Origin: Schizochytrium sp. TIO01
Taxonomy: Eukaryota; Protista; Bigyra: Labyrinthulomycetes
NCBI GenBank assembly: GCA_004764695.1
Contig: SMSO01000035.1
Coordinates: forward strand, 434,001 to 498,000
DNA length: 64,000 nt
Direction of reading: 5' to 3'
Part shown: piece by piece, positions 24,566 through 34,558 of the stretch
Numbering within the stretch: position 1 is the first letter of the stretch
Layout: each line of letters starts with the position of its first letter
Program-made: the position numbers and the translations under genes
Notes under the pieces: generated by a model
What the model saw: only the letters and a program-made list of their open reading frames with translations
Database searches by the model: none
Told to the model about the DNA's origin: nothing

Positions 24566-26215
24566 AGTATATAGTTTCATGGCATTCTAAAATTTAGCTG
24601 TCACTTGTTGCAGTGATGTTGACGCACAAGGTCTTCATAGGTGTAGGTACATTGTAAGAGAGATAGCATGACAGCTTTGGATATCATGGCTTGAACTACG
24701 CTGAACCCTTTATTTTGTACTCTATTGTTCATTTACTCTGTGGTATAGTGTACCCTTTCATTTGACCACTCTAGGTAGGCATACTTATTTTTATTCATAC
24801 CTTTCTTCTTTGAGGTCTGATTTGCGTAGACCAGTGACCTCAGTGGTCCCAGTAGCATTGCAGAAAGCTATATCTCCCCTAGAGGGAGGGGGGTACAGGC
24901 ACCATATTGCAAAATTAGCGTACGCCATGCTTACAAATTCGCAGAATCCATTTCAGTACCTTGATACTCACAGCCTCTCTTAGTATCTTTGCTGGATATG
25001 GTTCTTTACTTTCAAGGCCTACCTCGCTGGACACATGTTTACTTTAAAGTCTTTTCTTGGAGAAGCTTGTATCTATGGCGGCATTGACAAAGTCCATCTA
25101 TAAGAAGAAGAAAAATACAAAATTGCGATACAATTCAAACATATACACTAGCGTATGAATCTTACGAGCGCAAAAACCATTGTATTATGCTTTGACAAGC
25201 AGGTTTGCAACAATAATTAATCCAAGGAATCTATTTTGAGTGCAGTTTTTGAATAAGTTGAAATTTGACAGTTCTTTTTTTCGCAAGAGCTTGGCTTTAC
25301 ACAGTTTAACTTGTCCGATTCGTCCATCATTGATGGCTCTTTTTTGGAACAAAAGAAAAGTCAAATCAAGTCAAAATTGAGGATATGTTCAAAAGACCTA
25401 ATTGTTCAGTAAGCTTCGAGTTCCCACTCGTAGTTGGAAGAGATTCGCTCAAGCCATTCTTATTCTATGGGTTTAAATTAGTTATCATTCTCCGAGTCTT
25501 TGTACAAGCGCCCCACCAATCCAGAACTTTATCGTCTAACCATAAAGCCTCTTCCCTCTGTATATTCTTATTCTCTTGAATTTGATTTATCATATATGTT
25601 TGGTTAAACAATAGCATGCTGGCGCACCACCCCACGATATATTCTACTTCTTGAAGAGATTTCGACGATGAAGAGATTATGGCGTTCTTTGCAAAATGAT
25701 ATTGTTTATTCCGTGAATATTTGAACCAAAATATATTAATTAGATTCCCCATCTAGCTGAGGAAGATTCCGTAAGTCTGAATAGAAACAGGATTCATCGA
25801 TATATTTATATATATTGTTGAGGGACAGACCCGGGTGGCGAGTGAAGTATGTATCAAGCCGGTGGGACTTAACACCCCTGTAGTCACTTCAGAGTAATTC
25901 TTCTGAGAAGAATGATCTTGATTTTGAAGCAAAGGTAAGTTTGCAAGCAGCGTACAAAGTAAAGTAGAATGACACAAAGAAAAAGAGACAAATGGTGTTA
26001 ACGAATTGCTGAAACGTATGTATTGGAAAGAGTATCGATAGTGTGGTTTGTTTGCGACGCTATATCTGGGTTTAGATATATGTCGCTGCAGCGTTAACGG
26101 TATTCCGTAAACAAAACATTGGATTGCAGTGCTTAATTGCAAGTGAGTAATTTTATATATGTACCTATACGAACGAAACGAGCGGAAGTTATGAATGTGT
26201 GAACAGATGTAGTCA

Positions 26216-27335
26216 TCAGAGATCGATGGCTGCGACAGCGGTGAGTGCCCGACGCACAACTTCGTCACTCTCAAAGATGAATTCTCCTTGGCCAACAGTC
26301 TCTCCATCCTCAGACAGAGCAACAGTCAAGAACCGAGGGAGGAGGTCCTCTTCCATGTTACGCAAGACCTCTTCTTGTGCGACGTGAAAGAGTGTACGAT
26401 CGACCTTGCCCGAAGTGATGCAACGAATGATCCCCTTGCCAGACTGTGCATCAATACAAATCTCCATTGGCGCTCCAGGCTTGATAAAGCGATCATAAAT
26501 AGTACGAGCTTCCTGACTGAGAGAACGCTCATCACCAATAGGCATGCCAATGCGTACGCTGGCATGTGTGCGTGCAAGCTGGTCTTGAAGCATCATCTGA
26601 CCTTCATCCTCCTCATCATGCACAACCTGAGCGTGGGCGTCCTCCTCATCGATATCATCATCGGTGTCATCACCCTTGGTGTCTACTACGCCACCTTCAC
26701 GAATGCCGAGTGTCTTCATGCCTTTCCAGCTGCCAAGGCGAAAGACTTCACAAGCTGCCCAAAACAAAAGGTTCTCCTCGGCGTGTACACTCACAAGATA
26801 GCGATGGAAGGCGCTGCAGCATGTAGAGTCCTCTAGCACACTCTCGATACTGATATGGTTCATCAGAGTCTGCAAAGAGGCCTGGCGTCTGAGTACTGGA
26901 GTGCTGACCTTTTGCCACAGGCTCTTCACCAACAGTAGACACACGACGATCCGCGAAAAATTGCAACTTCATCAAACGCGGGCGGTACACCAAGGGTGGC
27001 TGCCATTGAATGCGGTTGATCTTTTTCGACTGGTAGAATTTCTTGCCGCTCTGAGCATCAATGCAGCATTCCCAGTCATCCTTGCCATGCCTGGCATATG
27101 GTGAGGCAAGTTCTGCGTCTGTAACAATATCCCGTAGGGGCAGGCCCCAAGAAACCTTCTTAGTTTTGGCATTGTAAAAGAAGAAGCGTCCAGAATCATC
27201 ATCGAGCATCTGATACCACGAGCCAACACCTGTAGGCACACCGGGGATTTTCTTCTCCATGATAGAAGACCGCTTCGAGACCTTGGAAGAGCCCTTTGAG
27301 GACGCCTTCGACGGTGCTGAGTGTCCTGACGGCAT
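26216..27335 (-). CDS. Tandem-WW + RGS (regulator of G-protein signalling) domain protein, split across two frames near 26850-26935
   Basis: ORF 27335-26748 has two WW domains (WYQMLDDDSGRFFFYNAKTKKVSWGLP; WECCIDAQSGKKFYQSKKINRIQWQPP). The overlapping ORF ending at 26216 has an RGS domain (SIESVLED..AFHRYLVSVHAEENLLFWAACEVFR..ARTIYDRFIKPGAPMEICID..LFHVAQEEVLRNMEEDLLPRFL). Confidence 0.8.
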
Positions 27336-28433
27336 TGTGCTTGCTTGCGCTGTGTTCTTTAACTGCGGAGGATGGTCTTCAGATCCCTATAAACTAGTTT
27401 CTTTGAGGAATTTCAACAATCTCTTTCCTATCAGACCACGAGAGCAAACCCTGTGGTATTTGATCTGCGGACCTGTCTTCAAATTGCCTTATGCAGCAAT
27501 CTTTCTGGCACTTCTACAATCCCTCTGCGCAATGTCCTTGTCACAAGAAGGTAACTCTTTCGGTATCGAGTCCGACTTGCACGCGCTGAGCACAAAACGG
27601 ACGAACGTACAGACCAACCCTTGGCAAGGATGGATGGGCGATGGCCAATACTTTCCTTAGCGAAGACGGCGCAGCCTCGAGATCGCTGCAACGGCAAACT
27701 CAAGCAGTTTGGACACCCTCGACGACCACGACCTCGCGGTACAGATCAACAAATAGCGACTTTGCTCGCCTATTCGAAAACTATACCGAGTCTGCTGCGC
27801 AGGTTGGCACGTGTGGAAGACGTGAATGACTTTAAAAAAAAGAAAAAAGAAAAAAAGGGTGATTGGACAAGCGAGCAGCTCTCCGCTCGCTTGTGTAGCT
27901 GCTCTCTTGAAAAGCTTGAGCAATCAATCGGCTGCAGACAAAGAATGTGGTACGGTGCCACGCACGTCGGGACTGCTCTTGGCGCGGTTGTTGACCCAGT
28001 CGCTCCAGCAATCGATTCTGGCCGCCACAGCAGCAAGCTGAGAATAATGAATCAAAGTTCTCAGCAGCAGTAAAAGAAAAAGACGATTGAAATAGAAAAA
28101 GTGAAACTAGAAGAATCGTGATTTATGGGCCGCTAGATCCTATCTACCCACAACTATAGCACCCCATGAGAAATCCGTCTTACATCAAGAAACCACCTCA
28201 ATTTCGACCGCTCGCTTTGGCGAATTGAAGGATGACCAGAGCGTCATAATCGCAGGCAAAAGCTGCAAGCGGAGCAGAGGCGGTTTCACGCCCGGCCTTG
28301 CCGACCTCAAGCAGACGAGCGAGCTTGGCCAACGATGAGCGAGCCATCTCTTAGGTTTTCCAGCACGCACGGGTCTCCTTTCCAAGTTCTTCGAGGGCGT
28401 TAAAACTTCTCTCTCCTTCCTTTTAGGCGATAG

Positions 28434-28475
28434 TTCTCTCTATTTCTCTCTATTTCTCTCTATTTCTCTCTCTCT
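28434..28475. repeat. 10-bp tandem repeat (TTTCTCTCTA)n
   Basis: About 4 copies directly visible. Confidence 0.85.
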
Positions 28476-28527
28476 GAAGCCTCGAAAGACTTTGCTTTCT
28501 CTGGATTATCTTCTTCTTTAGGTTCTT

Positions 28528-28789
28528 CAAGTTTTAGTTATCCTCGCTTCGAAAGAGTTTGCGCTTTCATGCATTTTTAAGTTCTTCTTCTTTAAGCTCT
28601 TCTTCTTTAAGTTCTTCAAGTTTTAGTTACCGTCGCTTCGAAAGAGTCTGCGCTTTCATGCTTTTTCAAGCTCTTCTTCTTTTTCATCAAGTTTTAGTTA
28701 CGTCGCTTCGAAAGAGTTTGCGCTTTCATGCCTTTTCAAGTTCTTCAAGTTTTAGTTACGTCGCTTCGAAAGAGTTTGCGCTTTCATGC
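28528..28789. repeat. Array of four 44-45 bp direct repeats separated by CT-rich linkers
   Basis: CAAGTTTTAGTTAC(C)GTCGCTTCGAAAGAGTTTGCGCTTTCATGC at 28528, 28617, 28688 and 28746; linkers of 44, 26 and 14 nt. Confidence 0.9.
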
Positions 28790-29445
28790 ATAGTCTGTGT
28801 AACAGAAAGAAAAGTGTTCTCAGTATTGGGAACTAAGAAGAAAAACACACGCGGGCCTAGTGGGTCCTATGGTAAGGCGTAGGTACCGGGAAGTAAGTAA
28901 GAAGTGAAGTGAGGACTGCGAAAGCATTCAACGCCATCGCAATTGATTCGTCGCTCGTGGATATTCATTCTCTGGGCACCGGCAGCTCGCCAGCAGACAC
29001 GGCTCGGGCTCTCGATGGGCCGGGTTCTCCAGGCCAGCGGCAGCGGCGAAGGGTGTGCATCGCGTTTGGGGTGAGCGCCGTGCCGTGGGCCAGCTCGAGG
29101 CCCTCATCGTCATGTGTAAACTCGTGCGTGCAAAATAAGGCGCCCGCTCAGTTTGGCGGCGACAAATCCGCGTGTTGGAACGTTGCGCTGAGTGCGTGGA
29201 GCCATGGGAGCGCGTTGGCACCCACGCACAAGTGTGCTCTGGTCGAGTGCTGCCAAGTCGAAGCACCGATCCTTGGTCGAATCGTGGATTCCGTCTCGTC
29301 AAAGCAGTCGAAGCAGTCAACTATTTCTTCCGCGAGCGCTCTTTACTTCCTCGCGGGGCCTACCGAGCAGTAGCTGACTTCTAAGGGACCTCGCTCAAAA
29401 CTCACGTTTCTTTCTTCTTCTTCCCTCTATTTCTTGTGCACCAAT

Positions 29446-30240
29446 TCATTCCATTTCCACTCTTTCGCTCTGGTAGCTTCGCCTGGCGTGGCTCGGCCTC
29501 CGCCTCCTACTTCCTAAATCGCGAGCAGCAGGCGTCATTGGACTGGCAGCTTGACGCTTCTTCTGATCTTGGTGAGGCCCGCAATCCTTAGGCGCAAGAG
29601 CTCTCTCTCTCTCAGGCTCATTCTGAGGCCTGAAAATGCCATGGCGCGTCGGGATAACTGGCACGCTGTATAGGCCCTTCGGGGAAACTAATGGGTCGAG
29701 GTTAGTATGGGCCATCGGAGAAATGGGAGCGATGCGAAGGAAGTACACCTCAGTGGGTAGAGAGGCAAGCTGTGGGAAGGGGTTGGCCCCTACCTCTGTC
29801 CTCTCCCTCACAAGCATCTGGTGCGAACTATCTTTGTTCAGACTGAGCACACTGGCAGACGTACAGACTGAGGAGCTAGAGTTTACGGAAGAGAAGAAAC
29901 TGTCCTGGGGACTGAGGGTAGATTTGGAAATATAATATTGAAATCCATAAAGTGTCCCTCTTGCCTCACTGGGAGTTTTGCGGGAGGCGCGTATACCTCT
30001 TCCTAAGCAAATACATGATACGTACCTACACAGGAAAGAGATGGGAACTTGGTTGTGAGAGTGAGGGTGTGTGCGGAACGCTTTTCCGCTTCGCTCCACC
30101 TCGCAGACCTCTTGGGTCAGCCTGAAACTCGCAGCTGTGCCGTGAACGTCCTCGTTTCCGTGCTCGCTCGATCGCGTGCACCTTTTGATGCTAGTTGTAT
30201 TTCGGAGACCTTTCCAAGTTCGCACCAGCGCACCTTGCAT
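29446..30240 (-). CDS. Hypothetical 264-aa ORF, possibly spurious or a relic
   Basis: Longest ORF in the 28-32 kb interval, with an ATG start. No recognisable domain apart from a weak F-box-like 'LASLPTEVYFLRI'. Confidence 0.2.
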   Translation of the reverse strand: MQGALVRTWKGLRNTTSIKRCTRSSEHGNEDVHGTAASFRLTQEVCEVERSGKAFRTHPHSHNQVPISFLCRYVSCICLGRGIRASRKTPSEARGTLYGFQYYISKSTLSPQDSFFSSVNSSSSVCTSASVLSLNKDSSHQMLVRERTEVGANPFPQLASLPTEVYFLRIAPISPMAHTNLDPLVSPKGLYSVPVIPTRHGIFRPQNEPERERALAPKDCGPHQDQKKRQAASPMTPAARDLGSRRRRPSHARRSYQSERVEME

Positions 30241-32089
30241 AATTGTCTTGCACTGGATTAGTCACCTTGCCACACCTCCGCTTTCTTCGATTTGTCAAAA
30301 GGGCTCTCCTAGTTAGGTGAAATTATAGTACATGCCAATTAAAAAAAGGGTTTTATTCATATTTTTTTAATTATGAAAGTAGATTTAATCTTTTTTTAAG
30401 AAAAGAAAAAGTTAGTTTTAATTTTTTTTTTATTTACAAAAATGTGAAAATGCCCTCGCTCGCAAGTCAATGTTTTGTCGCCACGAAATTGAAATCGCTT
30501 GCCAGCAGCTGTTGCTACACCAGCTAGATTGATACAACAGCTGCTACCTATGCTTGCACCGGAGCTGGTAAGCTGGTTGGAGTGACCTAGGAGGCTGCCA
30601 TGATCGATTTCAATGCGCGACCTTGTCATCACTGGAGTGTGCGCTTGTCCTGCCTCTATTCAAGTCCAGCGCGTGTTTTTTGGCTTCTGCACGTGCCGAG
30701 ACTCATAACTGAACCGCCAATCGTGAGCTTTTTAACTCGTGTTTTCTTTGATTTGTAACGCTCAAGCATCCCGCTTTGCATCATGACTTCTTTCTCAACA
30801 TGAATCCATCAAGCGTGTGCGTGAAAACTGGGCTTGGTGAGTGTAGACACGACAGCTGAGTCTGTTTACACATGCGGTGCTGGTCTCGATCGAATAACCT
30901 GGGTAGAGGATTTCTCGTGGTCGGCGGACAGGGTGTTCATGTGATGATGCCCAAGCAGAGCTGACTCCGGATGGCCCAGCTCAGCATGAATTATCTGTAC
31001 AATCACCGCGCCGCTGCACCTAATGAGCTCAAATCGCCAGAAGGGCGTTCACGAACGGCAGTAAGGTCTGGAAGACCTGAACTACGCTACAAGTTACAAC
31101 ATACCTACAGTAGTCATATTTCCTTCGAGCTGTGTTTAAGTAGGCCAAGTTCGTTGCTTCTTGCCTTTTTTAAACCTGTTGACTACCTTGAATGTAAAAA
31201 GTAGTATGGATAGGCGGAGTACAGTTACAGGGCAGCCATAGGGTGATTGCACTGCCAAGGCGAGCAGAACCGAGCAGAGCCGAGCAGCACCAGCTATAAA
31301 TGAGGCGATTCTACAAACAAGACCCTGTTCGTGCACATAGAAAGTACCCACGAACGAAGAGCTGAGAGTGATTTCAGTCACCAATAAAGGTTCTCACGCA
31401 GGAGTATATTATATTGGGGCCTGGGCTAGCAATTTATCGCCACATCGTTGGTATCATACTTCTCTACCAACGGAGAAGCGAATCCGTGCCCCTGTGTTCA
31501 AATGCGAAGTCAGCCGATGCAGGATTAACATGCTTCCCAGCCACAAGCAAATGCTATACCTTCTTTAGTGGTGCTTCTTCTGACGCGAAGAAGGTACCTA
31601 AGACACTGAGTACCTTCATTTAAGCAAAAAGTATAAGTTGGAAGTTCATGGCAGAGGGGACACTATCAAAAGGTCTTCGTGTGACCTCATTCTCGACACT
31701 CTTTAGCGAGCCAGTTTTCACTTGGCACAAGTTGGCTGTATTGCAGTCTATTGAGTTCGTCACTAAGCTTCCTCTCTATGAGGTGTTGACCTCATTATAA
31801 AAATCACCTACAAAAGATGATTTGTTTTCTTGTTTTCGCGTGCATGTCAAGATGGCTAGTAAGGAGAACAATTTTCGATAACCCTCTAGCAAAATCGAGT
31901 CTCGTAGAACTATCACGTGGCAAAAAAATGGGCATGAGTTAAACAAAACACCCATTGTTAGAGATGCCCACACTTTTGGTTGGATAAAGTGCATTTCCGA
32001 AATATAATGGAAAGACCTCTCTCTACAAATTAACTTTCACGAAATACTCAATGTTCAGAAATAAGTTTAAAAGACATCCTATACATCAT

Positions 32090-33697
32090 CTATTCTGTTG
32101 AGAATGCTGCGAAAAGAATGGCTACACGCGGATCTACTGCTCCTCTCCGCTTTCTCTCATTAGCCGCAGCTTTCTCGATCGCCCAACTAAGCTTCACCTC
32201 ATGCGAGAGTTTAGGGGCCACACGAGACTCTGTTTCGTCTGTGGAAGATCTAGAAGATCTTTGCAAAAAATTCTGTGCGGCGACAGCAATTTGATCTTCC
32301 GTAAGAGTTGGCCGTGCAACCTCAAAGTACCATGAACCATTGGCGTGCGATGACGCCCGGGGCTCAAACAGCCAGAGTTTTTCAGAAAGTGTCCAGGCGC
32401 GTGACACCTTGATTGCACAGTTTGCCACGTTTACATCTCCGGCAATCGACTTGCGGCGGTGTTCTCCATGAAACCAAAAAACATTATCTACTCCCATCGC
32501 AGACCATTGTACTACCCGATGTGTTGGTTTCATTGCCGAATCTAGAATGTCGAAAGCTGCTGGCCAGGCACGTGGTTTGAAAGGGTTCTCAACAGGTGGG
32601 GGTGCTGGGACCCTTGTGCTTAGGTATGGCAGCTTAGGCATCCCTAAGGAGCGAAGCAAACCTTTTTCAGAAACCTCACCTCGAGGTTCGATGGTTGCTA
32701 AATGGATGAGGTCCTCGCCAGTGTCATCATTTTGTGAACCATCATCACTCATCTCAGTCCCAAAGACAATAATGCGCTTCCCTCGACGGTGCGCCCGTGC
32801 GACATGTTTGCCTTGATAAATTAAATCAAAGTCAACATCCGTAGATGCGAATCTCGTGTTTGAGGATGCTGACGCCTTGCCTGGCTCATTGGTATCATTC
32901 TCGCCAACTTCAACTTCGCCTGAAGGGCTGATATGGAGTAATGGATCTGAAGAAGTCTCCACATATCCTAGCAGCTGTCGACCACTGACAACATGCAAAA
33001 TATGCGCATGTGAAGAATCTGAGCGCACTTCTGCTTCAAAAGCCCATGGAAACATCATTTCTAGACCTTCAGAAGCAAACTCGGGTACCTGCGGACCTAT
33101 TCGTGCTTGCACCATAGCTTCGTGGAATTCCGCTCGAATTGACTCGAAGAGTGACATACCGTGTCTGTACATCGCTAAGTCACGATTGTCCCAGCCTGGC
33201 TTCCAAGGTTCGTACGGCGACTTAGCACGGCCGTGAGAAGGGTTGCGCCTCCCGAAGGGCATCTCAAAATCATCATCATCATTATCCACATTACTGGCAA
33301 ATGGGGAGCAGACTTGAGAATCATAGACACGACGTTTCCGCACGCACGAAAGTGTTTCATATGCCTCTACGAGCTCCAAGAACGCCTCGTGGTCTTCCTT
33401 GCTTTCCTTTTGCTCCCGTGTATCTGGATGGACTGCCTTAACCTTGCGAAAAAAGGCGAGCTTCACTTCCGCCACAGTTGCCTCCTTCGCTACACCAAGA
33501 ACTTCATAGTGGTCACGACGTCTGCGCTTCACTGAGAATTTGCGAATCGCCTCAACTTTGCATCCAGTGAAACCCAACGAGACTTCACGACCTCTTGTGT
33601 TGCTCACTGCTGCCTCCAGCACTGAAAGTCGTGCGCCAGATTGCAGCGTCCTCGGTATTCTTAACGCCAGTCCTGCTAGCATCACTGTCGCCAACAT
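32090..33697 (-). CDS. DnaJ/J-domain co-chaperone (type III), probable mitochondrial presequence
   Basis: J-domain 'DHYEVLGVAKEATVAEVKLAFFRKVKAVHPDT..FLELVEAYETLS..KRRVYD' with intact HPD. The N-terminus is Arg/Leu/Ala-rich and acid-poor. Confidence 0.88.
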   Translation of the reverse strand: MLATVMLAGLALRIPRTLQSGARLSVLEAAVSNTRGREVSLGFTGCKVEAIRKFSVKRRRRDHYEVLGVAKEATVAEVKLAFFRKVKAVHPDTREQKESKEDHEAFLELVEAYETLSCVRKRRVYDSQVCSPFASNVDNDDDDFEMPFGRRNPSHGRAKSPYEPWKPGWDNRDLAMYRHGMSLFESIRAEFHEAMVQARIGPQVPEFASEGLEMMFPWAFEAEVRSDSSHAHILHVVSGRQLLGYVETSSDPLLHISPSGEVEVGENDTNEPGKASASSNTRFASTDVDFDLIYQGKHVARAHRRGKRIIVFGTEMSDDGSQNDDTGEDLIHLATIEPRGEVSEKGLLRSLGMPKLPYLSTRVPAPPPVENPFKPRAWPAAFDILDSAMKPTHRVVQWSAMGVDNVFWFHGEHRRKSIAGDVNVANCAIKVSRAWTLSEKLWLFEPRASSHANGSWYFEVARPTLTEDQIAVAAQNFLQRSSRSSTDETESRVAPKLSHEVKLSWAIEKAAANERKRRGAVDPRVAILFAAFSTE

Positions 33698-34558
33698 AAA
33701 ACGGTTTCGACTCTACGCGGCCTCAACAAAGGACATACTAAGTCTGGGAGAGCTGCTAAGAGCTGCCTTGAGTTGCCGCAGGTGGAATGCAATTTAGCTC
33801 GCGGGACCAAGCTCCTTTGTTTGGGCTTTCTGTCTTGTAAAAATGATATTTTTGCGGCGAAAAAATATTTATTTATTTTTCTGTATTCTTGCGAAGAAAT
33901 TCATAGCTAGAACCTGCCAACCCCAAGTCCAATAAACCCTCGCTATCAGCCAAGCCTAGCTTCTTGAATCTGCCTATTGATTGAAAATTAATACCTAGGT
34001 TCTGTAAGGAAACCTCGCGTTTTGTGCCATCCAATTCTTCGAGGGTCAAGGCACTCCAAGAAGTAACGCTGCTTTTTATCATCGAGTTGCATTCACATTT
34101 AACTTTCTAACAATACAAATATCAAACCCTCAGCTCAGCCCTGTCCTTTCCAAGCCTTCCTAAGCGCCTCTTCATGTACCCTTCCGCTCAACCAGGGCTT
34201 TATTCAATCTAGAAGCAAATCTCCATTGGAACATCCCTGGATGACCAAACTCCTGTATCACCAAACTCCTCAGTAGAAATTCGTTCGATTTCTCCCAACG
34301 CCTTTTAGGCCCCTTTTTAGACCGCGACCCAGAAAGGCGCAACCGCCGCGTTTCTTCCTCTTGTTTGCTCTCAGTTTCTCTTATTATCTCACGCAACAAT
34401 TCTTTCCCGTCAATTCGTTTACGCTGCACCTTGGCGCACGGTGCGCGCGCGCGTGAAGAAGCCTTTGACACGCGGCACAGGCTTTGATAGTGGGCGTGGG
34501 ATTGGGCTGTAGAAGCTGGAGCGTGGAGGAACTGAAGGCGTGCGAAGTTCTTGCAGAG

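Noticed and set aside
25465-25752. Ulp1-like protease fragment ('WLDDKVLDWW')
   Set aside because: Only one short motif and no catalytic His/Asp/Cys region, which is not enough to call.
28528-28789. CRISPR array call (GTTTTAG start, internal hairpin)
   Set aside because: Linkers vary from 14 to 44 nt, are mutually related low-complexity sequence, and there are no cas genes; the context is eukaryotic.
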